Assembly (NCBI GenBank): GCA_036504255.1
Contig: DASXVL010000178.1
Coordinates: 1 to 41,928 of the forward strand
DNA from: Armatimonadota bacterium
GTDB lineage: Bacteria > Armatimonadota > Hebobacteria > CAIYQO01
Length of the DNA stretch: 41,928 bases
Reading direction: 5' to 3'
Shown: positions 31,685 to 40,543 of the stretch, piece after piece
How the letters are laid out: each line of letters opens with the position of its first letter
Position numbering within the stretch: the stretch's first letter is position 1
Notes under the pieces: model-generated
Databases searched by the model: none
The model's input: only the letters and a program-made list of their open reading frames with translations
Told to the model about the DNA's origin: nothing
Position numbers and translations under genes: made by a program

Positions 31685-33757
31685 CTAATTATCTTCGCGG
31701 TCTCCGATCGCATAGGGCCAGTCCCCCCATTCAACCGAAAAATCGTCCCAGGGGAAAAACGCGGGGACCGAGGCAAAGGGCTCATTGAGGAACGGGAGAC
31801 TCTCGTTGGCGATATCATCATATGCCAACGTGGGCCAAGTCACCGTCTGGCCGTTGATCGCCGCGATACGCGCCGCCGGACTGCCGGGGCTGAGCGAGGA
31901 CTCCAATTCCAGCGCCGGGCGCACGCGGTCAGCGGGACGGCGGTAGCGCGTGCGGCGCGTGGACCAGAAGTAATCGGTGAATTTGCTCGCGGAGAGGGCA
32001 TCGACAAAGGCCTGCAAGGACGGATATTCATCGACGCTGGCGTGTTCGGCCACGAACCCACCAAAGATCATGCGCAGTTCGGCGCGCGTGAAGGTGCGCG
32101 GTACCCCTTGATAAAAGGTGGTACGGATGACGTCATAGTTCGGCAGGGATTCCAGTGTGAAGCGGATATCACCCACAACGCAGGAGTAGGCCATGGGGCG
32201 CACGGCGATGAGCAGGCGTCCGCGCCGGCAGGCGATCCACTCGCCATGCTGCGCCGTGCCTTCCCAGGAGGCGCGCGGAACGCCGCCGACGATAATTTCG
32301 TCCGTGCCGCTGAAGTGCGTCGGGAAGATCACGAATTCGCTCAAGCGCGAGAGCGGCGTGGCGCCCTGGCCAGTATCCGCATCGCCCCCCAGGCTCAAAT
32401 GCGGATGCGTCAGCACCAGCGCCGTGGACTCGGCCTGCAGGGTGACGGTATTGGCGTGCGATGTCAGGCAATCATCCTCACCGGAATTCGTGTAAATGAT
32501 CGGGACACCCACTGCACCGTCCTGTCCCCACTCCGCACCCGCCGCCGGCATATCCATGGCGTGTTTGACCATGCCGGGCACGTCATCGTCGACCACCAGT
32601 TTGGTAAAGACCGTGCCGATATCCGCATAGGAACGTACCGGGGACGTTTTCCGATAGGTGACGAAATAGCTCATCGTTTGCTCACCGCCGCACAAGGCGG
32701 TCGTTGCGGTACCCAGCGTGTAATCAGTGGTCAGCAGAGTTTCGATACGGCACCGGCGCGCAGGGAAATCCGCGCCGCCTGCGCCTTGCTCACAGGTCGC
32801 CACCGCGTGGTAGGGATAGCGCTTCTTGGTAAAGAGCTCCTGCGCGAGGGCTGGGACGTGGTAGGAAGCGAGCGTATACCAGCACATCTGCGCGATGTTG
32901 AAGGGCAAATCGCCTTTGTGGTGCAGCACGAGGTGGGCATCGGGCTGAAAAAAGTTCATCGGGGAGGGGTGCACGCCCTCGCCCAGCACAAAATGCAACA
33001 GGCTGGCGACACAGCTCACCTGCGCCAGCGTATCAATCGTGTAGGCGCGGGCATAGGGACCGGATATGACGCCCAGTTCCGGATGGAAACGCGCGGCGAG
33101 ATCGAGCCACAGGCGTTCTTCGATGCCGCGCGCGATGGCACGCGCTTCCGGGTGACGCGCGTGTTCGGCAATCTCGCTCATGGCATGCAGGGTCAACGGG
33201 GAATAGGTCGGCGAATTGAACTCGCTGTTGATCCCGTTGCGCACCAGCATGGCGCGGAATTGTCGCAAGTTCCACAGTCCGTATTCCACGGCATCCGAAC
33301 AATCCAGATACTCGCCGCCGAGGATCAACCCCATGGTGGCCTTGGCCGGCATATTATCGTTATAGCCGTGGAATTGGTAGTCGGGCTGCCGGTTGCCGGG
33401 CTTGAACGAGAACCCGTCGCGCACCAGGCCCTCCAGCTTCGTCCGCACATCGTCCGCCATCTGCCCGGCGCAGTTGCTCAATAACGCGGCGGCGATATTG
33501 GTGTCAAAGATATTGAAGCGCACTGCGCCGTACTGATTAGTCTGCGCCGGGCGCAGGATCGCATCGGCGAAGGCCGCCTCGTCCACCTGATAGAGCGCGC
33601 AGCAGAGCCACATGCGCTCGCGCGTTTCCGCGGGCTTGGAGGAGAGCAGCCAGTTGCCCTCCGCATCGTACCAGCCCTTCGCCACCTCGGCTGCCGCCTG
33701 GCAATATTGCAGCACACGGGTCGGCAATCCCGCCAGACATGTTTGGGTATCTGACAT
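31685..33757 (-). CDS. large hypothetical protein (690 aa), helical N-terminal half suggestive of an alpha/alpha-toroid glycan-active enzyme; no family recognised
   Basis: Strong RBS (AAGGAGAG) before the ATG at 33757, and 28 nt downstream of the GH2 stop. No signal peptide. Confidence 0.6.
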   Translation of the reverse strand: MSDTQTCLAGLPTRVLQYCQAAAEVAKGWYDAEGNWLLSSKPAETRERMWLCCALYQVDEAAFADAILRPAQTNQYGAVRFNIFDTNIAAALLSNCAGQMADDVRTKLEGLVRDGFSFKPGNRQPDYQFHGYNDNMPAKATMGLILGGEYLDCSDAVEYGLWNLRQFRAMLVRNGINSEFNSPTYSPLTLHAMSEIAEHARHPEARAIARGIEERLWLDLAARFHPELGVISGPYARAYTIDTLAQVSCVASLLHFVLGEGVHPSPMNFFQPDAHLVLHHKGDLPFNIAQMCWYTLASYHVPALAQELFTKKRYPYHAVATCEQGAGGADFPARRCRIETLLTTDYTLGTATTALCGGEQTMSYFVTYRKTSPVRSYADIGTVFTKLVVDDDVPGMVKHAMDMPAAGAEWGQDGAVGVPIIYTNSGEDDCLTSHANTVTLQAESTALVLTHPHLSLGGDADTGQGATPLSRLSEFVIFPTHFSGTDEIIVGGVPRASWEGTAQHGEWIACRRGRLLIAVRPMAYSCVVGDIRFTLESLPNYDVIRTTFYQGVPRTFTRAELRMIFGGFVAEHASVDEYPSLQAFVDALSASKFTDYFWSTRRTRYRRPADRVRPALELESSLSPGSPAARIAAINGQTVTWPTLAYDDIANESLPFLNEPFASVPAFFPWDDFSVEWGDWPYAIGDREDN

Positions 33758-33785
33758 TGTTATCTCTCCTTCACCATATCGCCGC

Positions 33786-35645
33786 TCATCTGCGTGATGA
33801 GCTCAAACAATTTTCTTCTTCGGTGGCGGTGGCGGCGTGCGTGCCCAAAAACCGTCGGCAATATTCTTGCACGACATAAAAGGCTTGCTTTGGCTGCCAG
33901 TCTTTATCGACGATGCCATAGAGACCGCGTGCCCCACCGGGCACGAAATCTTCCCAATGCAAGGGCGTGCGCATGTCCAGAAAGTTCCAGATGGCAGCGC
34001 CGGACATCCACGGCGTACGCGCGAACACCTCATAGGCGCGCCGGACGACGTCCACGTGCCTCCGCTCGCCGCCCACCGTCAAGTCCTCACGCGTGTCACC
34101 GCGCCGGCTCACACAGCCAAATTCCGACATCATCACCGGCTTATTATAGGGATAGAACACGGCCAACGCGTCTTCCAGGCTTTCGACGGGCTCGTGACCG
34201 AACGCGCCGACGTAGCAATTCATGGCGATGACATCCATCGCGTCGAAATACGCATCCGGCAACGACGGTCGCCAGGAACGATGATCGGCGCCTGAGTAGC
34301 GAAACTGATCGACATCGGCCGGTGACCATGGCGTGTCGCTCATCACCACCTGGCCTTCCGCAGAACTGATCAAGCGGGAAGGGTCGAGCGAACGCACATA
34401 GTGCGCGCATTCGATACCATAGTGATAATTATCGCCAATATCGCTTTCTGGGTTCTTCCACGCACACTCATTGCTCACCGACCAGATGATGACGGAGGCG
34501 CGGTTCAGATCGCGGTCGATCATTTCACCCATCATCTGGAACGCCAGCGACTTCACCGCCGGTTCCGGCATACGCGGTTGCCAGTACGCCGGCACCTCTT
34601 CCCACAGCAAAAAACCTTCGCGGTCGGCCTGCCGCACAAAGGCCTCGGAGTAGGGATAATGCGCGCAGCGCACGAAGTTCGCGCCTAATTCATGCAAACG
34701 CGCGAAGAGTTCATCGAGCAACTCGGGCGTATCGGTGCGGCCCATCTCCTTGAATTCCGCGTGCAGGCAGACACCCCACAATTGAATGCGCTCGCCGTTT
34801 AACAAAATGCCTCGCCCCTGGGTGCGAATCTCACGCAAGCCGATTTCGTCACACACGGTGTCCGCGCCGCACGAGACTTCGATGGCATACAGCGTGGGAG
34901 CGCCCGGTTGCCAGAGCTGCAGGGCGGCGCGTGGTACCTGGAAGGTGAGCGCCGTCTTCTCCCCTGGCGCCACGCTCTGCTCAGCGCATAACCCCAGTTC
35001 GGGAAACGCCACGCGAATCGTCTCGTGGGTGTGCACGTCGCGGCTGGTGAACCACGCCTGTACGCGAATCTGCGCCTCGTCGCCTGCCAACGTGGTGTGC
35101 ACGGAGAAATTCTCTATGTGCCGCTCGGGGACAAAGATCAACTTCACGGGGCGAATCAGCCCGCCATCGTTCGCCCAATCGAAAATCATTCCGGGGACGC
35201 GGTCATCTTGCCGTATGTTCTCCACGTACACCATCACGCGGTTGGTGGCACGCAGCAAGGGCGTCACGCGAAACTGAAACGGGGAATAGCCGCACGCATG
35301 CTTGCCCACCCACACCCCGTTCAGCCAGACTTCCGCCGCGTAATTCGCACCATCAAAGCAGAGATAGGCCTCCGTATTGTCCGGGATATTCTCCAGGGAG
35401 AACTCCCGCACATAGCACGCATGCCCTTCATACCAGGTGAGCTTGGGGATGAGACAGTTCCAGGTACCTGGCACCTGAATATCCCACAAGCCATCCATAT
35501 CCCAACAGGGGAATATCTGCGAGGGATCGCGGGAATTTTTCCACCACTGTTGGCGTATCCCACGCTGCATCGGGTCGGGGATGAACTTCCAAGTACCATT
35601 CAAATCGCATTCAGACATGCGGCAGGTATACATGACAACCATCAA
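33786..35645 (-). CDS. glycoside hydrolase family 2 (beta-glucuronidase/beta-galactosidase-like)
   Basis: LNGTWKF, VWLNGVWVGKHACGYSPFQF, NFVRCAHYPYSEAFVRQADREGFLLWEEVPA, IIWSVSNEC (acid/base Glu) and PVMMSEFG (nucleophile Glu). The start may be the ATG at 35642 or 35618 rather than the TTG at 35645. Confidence 0.75.
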   Translation of the reverse strand: MMVVMYTCRMSECDLNGTWKFIPDPMQRGIRQQWWKNSRDPSQIFPCWDMDGLWDIQVPGTWNCLIPKLTWYEGHACYVREFSLENIPDNTEAYLCFDGANYAAEVWLNGVWVGKHACGYSPFQFRVTPLLRATNRVMVYVENIRQDDRVPGMIFDWANDGGLIRPVKLIFVPERHIENFSVHTTLAGDEAQIRVQAWFTSRDVHTHETIRVAFPELGLCAEQSVAPGEKTALTFQVPRAALQLWQPGAPTLYAIEVSCGADTVCDEIGLREIRTQGRGILLNGERIQLWGVCLHAEFKEMGRTDTPELLDELFARLHELGANFVRCAHYPYSEAFVRQADREGFLLWEEVPAYWQPRMPEPAVKSLAFQMMGEMIDRDLNRASVIIWSVSNECAWKNPESDIGDNYHYGIECAHYVRSLDPSRLISSAEGQVVMSDTPWSPADVDQFRYSGADHRSWRPSLPDAYFDAMDVIAMNCYVGAFGHEPVESLEDALAVFYPYNKPVMMSEFGCVSRRGDTREDLTVGGERRHVDVVRRAYEVFARTPWMSGAAIWNFLDMRTPLHWEDFVPGGARGLYGIVDKDWQPKQAFYVVQEYCRRFLGTHAATATEEENCLSSSRR

Positions 35646-35936
35646 CTTTCATGCGTCGCTTCAGCACCAACGCTGGGTCACACGACAGGTACAAATGAAC
35701 CACCGAGCACCAACTAACGATGTGCGTGGCCCTATGTCTGCAGGGTAAGACGCTCCTCCTCTTGCGTCAACCCGCCGATCAGCATATACTCCATGTTACA
35801 TGTTACATAAGAGGCCACGCCTGTTGACACCCCGCGTACAACATAACGTTTTATCTGCCACCAGTGCGGTGATGCGGGCGTGCGCAGCATGAAGGCCGGG
35901 TATATAGCGACCAGCAACCCACAAGGAGTGAACTAC

Positions 35937-38627
35937 ATGACCCATGCTGTACGCGCAGGGCGATGCATAGTCCTGGGCTTTCTATTGTCATTGGCGCTCG
36001 GTGTTTTTGCCGCGCCGGTGTCCGAGAGCGTGCTGCCCAATGGGCTACGCGTGCTCATCAAAGAATCGCATGCCGCGCCGGTGGTCGTCATCGACGTCTG
36101 GTACAAGGTCGGTTCACGCAACGAGGGACCGGGATTCACCGGAGCGTCTCATCTGCTCGAACACATGACCTACAAAGGGACACGCGAATTTGCCAAAGAC
36201 GATATGCGCAACCTGACCAAGCGCAATGGCGCGATTGATAACGGGGCGACATTTTACGACTACACACACTACTACACCACCATCGCCAGCGACCGCTTGC
36301 CGCTCGTGCTGCGTATGGAAGCCAGTCGCATGTCCGCGGCGCTCATCAAGCAGAGCGACCTGGATTCGGAGCGCACCGTCGTCCGCTCCGAATTGGAAGG
36401 GCATGAGAATGATCCCGGCACCCTCCTCTTCCAGCAGACCATGGCTGCCGTGTACCGCGTGCATGCGTACCGCTGGCCGGTGGTCGGCTGGCGCGCGGAT
36501 ATCGAACATATCACCGCCGAGCAACTTCGTGGCTACTATCACTCCTACTACCAGCCAAACAACGCCACGTTGGTCATCGTCGGCGACGTCAAAACCGCGC
36601 AGGCGCTGCAGCAAGTACGACAATACTTCGGTGGCCTGAAGCGCGAACTGCCGCCACCGCAATGGACCACACCGGAACCCCCGCAGTTCGGCGAACGGCG
36701 TGTGACGGTGCACCGCCAGGGCAAACTCCCCATGGAGTTCATCGCCTGGCACATTCCGGCAATCCATCATAAAGATATTCCGGCCTTAACGCTGCTCGAT
36801 CAGATCCTGGGCTCCGGCCGCCTGTCACGCCTCTACCAGCAGATCGTCGAGACGCAGCAAGGCATCAGCGCCTGGTCCGGCACCATGGTACGGCGTGACT
36901 CGGGCATCTTCTACGCCGGCGGTGTCGCCGCGCCCGGCCAAACGCTCGCGCCCATTGAAAAGACGATCTTCGCCGAAGTGGACCGCTTGAAGACCACGCC
37001 GCCGAACAACGAGGAAATCGCGCGGGCGCTGCGGCAAATGCAGGCCAGTCTCATCTACGGACGGGACAGCGTCACCGATCAAGCAGATCAGTTGGGCGAA
37101 GCACAGACGGTCGCCGGTGACTGGCGCTACCCCGACCAATTGCTCGACAAGATGCGCACCGTCACGCCGGAAGACATCTCACGCGTCGCGCGCACCTATC
37201 TCACCGAGGACAACCGGACTGTGGGCATCTTCCAGCCGGTGACCGCAAGCGGCGTGACGAAAACCGCACCGGCGCCCGCGCCCGCGCAATATGGGTCAGA
37301 CATCCGCCCACGCGCGGAATTCGCCACCACGCCTGCCCCTGCCGTCGGAACCGCCGTCGCGCAGCCGGTTCACCGGACACGCATCGTACTGCCGAACGGT
37401 ATCGTGTTGCTGGTGCAGGAGAACCATGCGAATACGACGGTAGCCATTTCCGCAAATCTCAAGGCGGGACGCGCCTATGATCCCGCCGGGAAAACGGGCG
37501 CGGCGGACATGGTCGCCAACCTGCTCGATCGCGGAACCAGCACACGCTCCTCGCGCGAGATTGCCCAAGAGTTGGAAGGGGCCGCGGCGGAGATCACTTC
37601 CAACACCGGCTGGGAAACGGTGGGCATCCACGGCAAAGCGCTAAGCGGTGACAGCGAGTTGCTCTTGCGCAATATCGCCGATCAACTGCGCCATGCCAGC
37701 TTCCCTACCGACGAGATCGAGAAGATGCGTGCGCAAATGCTCTCCGGCCTGGAGAATGAGCGCGACGACCCGTCGAATAATGCGCGGCGCGCGTTCTATC
37801 GCGCGGTGCTCCCTGCGGGACATCCCTATCGTCTCGCCTCCTTCGATGAAGAAGCGGACGGACTCAAAGCACTGACGCGTGCCGACCTCACGGCGTTCTA
37901 TCAGGCGCGCTACACGCCAAAATCACTCGTGCTCGCCGTGGTCGGCGATGTGCAGGTGGATGCCATTCGTGCCCTTGTCACCAAGTACTTCGGCGATTGG
38001 CAGGGCGACGCGCCCACGCCGTTAGTTTTCCCGGCGCTCCCCCTGACCAAGCCCGCGCGCCTGGTCACGACCATTCCCGACAAGTCCGAGGTCGATATCT
38101 ATGTCGGGTCAACCGCTCCGCTGCACCGTACAAGCCCGGATTATTACGCGGCGGAAATCATGAATTTTGTCTTTGGCGGTGGTGGCGCCTTGAATAGCCG
38201 CCTCGGCAATGTCATCCGCGACCAGCATGGGCTGGCCTATACGGTCTACAGTGACTTCCACGCGTCCACCGGCGCCGGCCCCTGGTTCGCGATGCTCGGC
38301 GTGAACCCGGTGAACGTCGATACCGCCACGAAACTGTTACGAGAAGAAGTCACGCGCATGCGTGACAGCGGGGTCACGCAACAGGAGATCGATGATGCGG
38401 TCGCCTACCTGACCGGCGCGTATGCCATCACGCTGCAAACCAATGACGCCTTGGCAAGCACGCTCATGGACGCGGAATATTTCCACCTCGGCCTCAACTA
38501 CCCGGAACGCGTGACCAAGCTCTACCGCGCCGTCACGCGCGCCCAGGTGAACGCCGCCGCCAAGAAGTATCTGCACCCCGACGCGCTCATCGAGTCTATC
38601 GCCGGGTCGTACCCGCGACCGAAATAA
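35937..38627 (+). CDS. M16-family zinc peptidase, two M16 units fused in one chain (active half + inactive half)
   Basis: Signal-like N-terminus after the ATG at 35937, preceded by an AAGGAG RBS. HLLEHMTYKGT (HxxEH) plus a downstream ERTVVRSELEG in the first half. The second half is M16-like without HxxEH. Confidence 0.85.
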   Translation: MTHAVRAGRCIVLGFLLSLALGVFAAPVSESVLPNGLRVLIKESHAAPVVVIDVWYKVGSRNEGPGFTGASHLLEHMTYKGTREFAKDDMRNLTKRNGAIDNGATFYDYTHYYTTIASDRLPLVLRMEASRMSAALIKQSDLDSERTVVRSELEGHENDPGTLLFQQTMAAVYRVHAYRWPVVGWRADIEHITAEQLRGYYHSYYQPNNATLVIVGDVKTAQALQQVRQYFGGLKRELPPPQWTTPEPPQFGERRVTVHRQGKLPMEFIAWHIPAIHHKDIPALTLLDQILGSGRLSRLYQQIVETQQGISAWSGTMVRRDSGIFYAGGVAAPGQTLAPIEKTIFAEVDRLKTTPPNNEEIARALRQMQASLIYGRDSVTDQADQLGEAQTVAGDWRYPDQLLDKMRTVTPEDISRVARTYLTEDNRTVGIFQPVTASGVTKTAPAPAPAQYGSDIRPRAEFATTPAPAVGTAVAQPVHRTRIVLPNGIVLLVQENHANTTVAISANLKAGRAYDPAGKTGAADMVANLLDRGTSTRSSREIAQELEGAAAEITSNTGWETVGIHGKALSGDSELLLRNIADQLRHASFPTDEIEKMRAQMLSGLENERDDPSNNARRAFYRAVLPAGHPYRLASFDEEADGLKALTRADLTAFYQARYTPKSLVLAVVGDVQVDAIRALVTKYFGDWQGDAPTPLVFPALPLTKPARLVTTIPDKSEVDIYVGSTAPLHRTSPDYYAAEIMNFVFGGGGALNSRLGNVIRDQHGLAYTVYSDFHASTGAGPWFAMLGVNPVNVDTATKLLREEVTRMRDSGVTQQEIDDAVAYLTGAYAITLQTNDALASTLMDAEYFHLGLNYPERVTKLYRAVTRAQVNAAAKKYLHPDALIESIAGSYPRPK

Positions 38628-38630
38628 CAC

Positions 38631-38705
38631 AGTCCTACTTCGGTAGCATATGGCACGGCCCCGGCAATTCGCCGGGGCCGTGCCATGTGCTACCGAAGTA
38701 GGACT
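38631..38705 (+). terminator. 35-bp stem hairpin (one G.U, 5-nt loop) 3 nt after the M16 stop
   Basis: AGTCCTACTTCGGTAGCATATGGCACGGCCCCGGC-AATTC-GCCGGGGCCGTGCCATGTGCTACCGAAGTAGGACT. Followed by ATTTGCTTT. Confidence 0.6.
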
Positions 38706-39025
38706 ATTTGCTTTACCGAGGAAGCGGGGCTTTCTGCCCTGCGGGCAGGCCTTCCTTCCAAACGGTGCTGCTGTTACTGCCGGATGGAAAGGCGCATACC
38801 GAAATCAGGTCTACAGACATGACTGTCGTATACGCCCTTCCTCCTGCCTGTACCAAGAGCACAGTTTGGAAGGTTGGCCTGCCCTCGGAACGAGGGCAGA
38901 GAGCCCCGCTACCTTTCTCAAAGGACTATCACAACTCCCTTTATTCTTTCCATCCCCTATATCCACAAGGAAAAAAGGCGCTTGCCTCGAAATATCGTTT
39001 ATCGCATGTGTGGAAGGATGAACCG

Positions 39026-40441
39026 ATGCGTCTCTCTCTGCTACCCCTCGCTCTTCTCACCCTCTGTCTGGCCCTGCCGCTGCAAGCCGTGCCAACGGTC
39101 ATCGTGCCGGAAGCACCCATGGTCATGGTCTTTAACGGCGTTGGCCTGGTGCAGCTCCGCCACATGGTAGACGCTGCCGGCGCGACACTGGACATTTCTC
39201 TCGACACCATCACCGTGAAGCGAGAATCGCATACCTTCGTTTGCACCGTTCGGCGCACTGCTGCCCGGCAGGATGGCCAGCTCATTACCCTACCCGTTGC
39301 CCCTGAGATACAGATGGGCCTCACGTTCATCCCGGTGCGCCCCCTGGTCACCGCCCTGGGCGGCACGCTCATCGTTGACGAGCTGACCCATCAGATGCAT
39401 GCCACATTCTCCCCCACCCTCACGCTGCATATGCCGGTGGAGAAGATGACTGGGACGCTGGCGAAATATACGGAAAACCTCCTAAAGACAAATCTCTTAC
39501 TCATCAAGACCGATGGCAGCGAGGTGAAGCCACTCACGTATACCTTTGGGGACGATCTATGCCCGAATTTCACTGCAGATGGCTCCGCGATTGTCTTTTT
39601 ACGCTATCTACAAGGAACGGCATCCTACATTTCTCTCCGACGACTCGATCAGGAGGTCGCCGCCAATCTTACGGCCAAATATGGCGATCAATTCATTCCG
39701 CGCTCCGAACCAATCCGGGGTCCCGATGATACCCTGGTATTTACTGCGCAGAAAAAAACCTGGGCTGACCAACTATTTCTGATTGGCCGAATACATACGG
39801 ACGGCACCGGATATCAACAGATCACCAGCGGAGCCCTTCCGCTTGTCAGTGCTGATGGTCAGCACATCGCATTTATGGTTTTCACGAACAGCAAGGCCCC
39901 CGCGATACATTTCATGAATGCCGACGGTAGCCAGGAGCGGGAATTGGCGAGCGGTATACCATGCGCGTTAAGCCCGGATGGTTCTTTGCTCGCGTATATA
40001 ATGATGTCGAAAGATACCGGTACACGACACGGATTAGCGGTGATCGAGACAGCCACAGGGAAGGAACGCTACCGTACCGCGCCAACCGATTGGAACAGTG
40101 AAGTATCGGCTGGCGACTTTAGCCCGGACGGCAAACAATTAGTCTACATGCAATCGGATAAAGGTCTCTGGATGACGGATCATTCCCATGCGCGCCAACT
40201 GACCAAAGAGCAAGACTTCTACCCAAAGTTTAGTCCAGACGGTACGCAGGTCGCATTTCTACGCTATAACAGCGCCAGATTTGCTATGTACCTAATGCGC
40301 ACTGACGGCAGCGAATGTAAATGCCTGGCTTCAAATATGTTCTTGCCGTTGCGCAACATGCTTGGGTATTCGATCTATAATTTTTCATCCGACGGCAAGT
40401 ACATTGTGTTGGCCGCATATCTGGATTGGATGCAGCGATAA
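39026..40441 (+). CDS. secreted protein: copper-amine-oxidase-N-like (stalk) domain + TolB-like PD40 beta-propeller
   Basis: Signal peptide MRLSLLPLALLTLCLALPLQA after a GGAAGGA RBS. N-terminal domain VFNGVGLVQLRHMVDAAGATL...TFIPVRPLVTALGG. Repeated (F/L)SPDG motifs (FTADGSAIVFLRY, VSADGQHIAFMV, LSPDGSLLAYIM, FSPDGKQLVYMQ, FSPDGTQVAFLRY). Confidence 0.75.
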   Translation: MRLSLLPLALLTLCLALPLQAVPTVIVPEAPMVMVFNGVGLVQLRHMVDAAGATLDISLDTITVKRESHTFVCTVRRTAARQDGQLITLPVAPEIQMGLTFIPVRPLVTALGGTLIVDELTHQMHATFSPTLTLHMPVEKMTGTLAKYTENLLKTNLLLIKTDGSEVKPLTYTFGDDLCPNFTADGSAIVFLRYLQGTASYISLRRLDQEVAANLTAKYGDQFIPRSEPIRGPDDTLVFTAQKKTWADQLFLIGRIHTDGTGYQQITSGALPLVSADGQHIAFMVFTNSKAPAIHFMNADGSQERELASGIPCALSPDGSLLAYIMMSKDTGTRHGLAVIETATGKERYRTAPTDWNSEVSAGDFSPDGKQLVYMQSDKGLWMTDHSHARQLTKEQDFYPKFSPDGTQVAFLRYNSARFAMYLMRTDGSECKCLASNMFLPLRNMLGYSIYNFSSDGKYIVLAAYLDWMQR

Positions 40442-40478
40442 TGAAGCTGCGCCCTCTGATGCTGCGCGCCACGTCAAG

Positions 40479-40522
40479 CTGCCACTCGGGCTCCGGCACA
40501 TTGCCGGGCCCGAGTGGCAGCA
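40479..40522. terminator. strong hairpin between convergent genes
   Basis: GCTGCCACTCGGGC-T-CCGGCA-CAT-TGCCGG-GCCCGAGTGGCAGC (20 bp with one bulge), followed by ATTTCCTTCTCC. Confidence 0.6.
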
Positions 40523-40543
40523 TTTCCTTCTCCGCCTCTTCGC

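Noticed and set aside
32042-33484. 480-aa plus-strand ORF, one of the longest in the track.
   Set aside because: It lies entirely antisense to the 690-aa gene at 31685-33757. Its composition is Arg/Gly/Ala/His-rich and low in complexity, with no motifs, no RBS and no partner genes. It is a typical shadow ORF of a high-GC coding region.
35792-35808. Tandem ATGTTAC x2 in the GH2/M16 divergent region.
   Set aside because: It is too short, it is not a true palindrome, and it has no second site. It is possibly an operator half-site, but that cannot be supported.
38708-39025. 106-codon N-terminal extension of the TolB-like ORF (a 577-aa version).
   Set aside because: The extension starts right after the 35-bp hairpin, contains stable stems and reads as non-protein-like. 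The ATG at 39026 has a GGAAGGA RBS and is followed by a textbook signal peptide.
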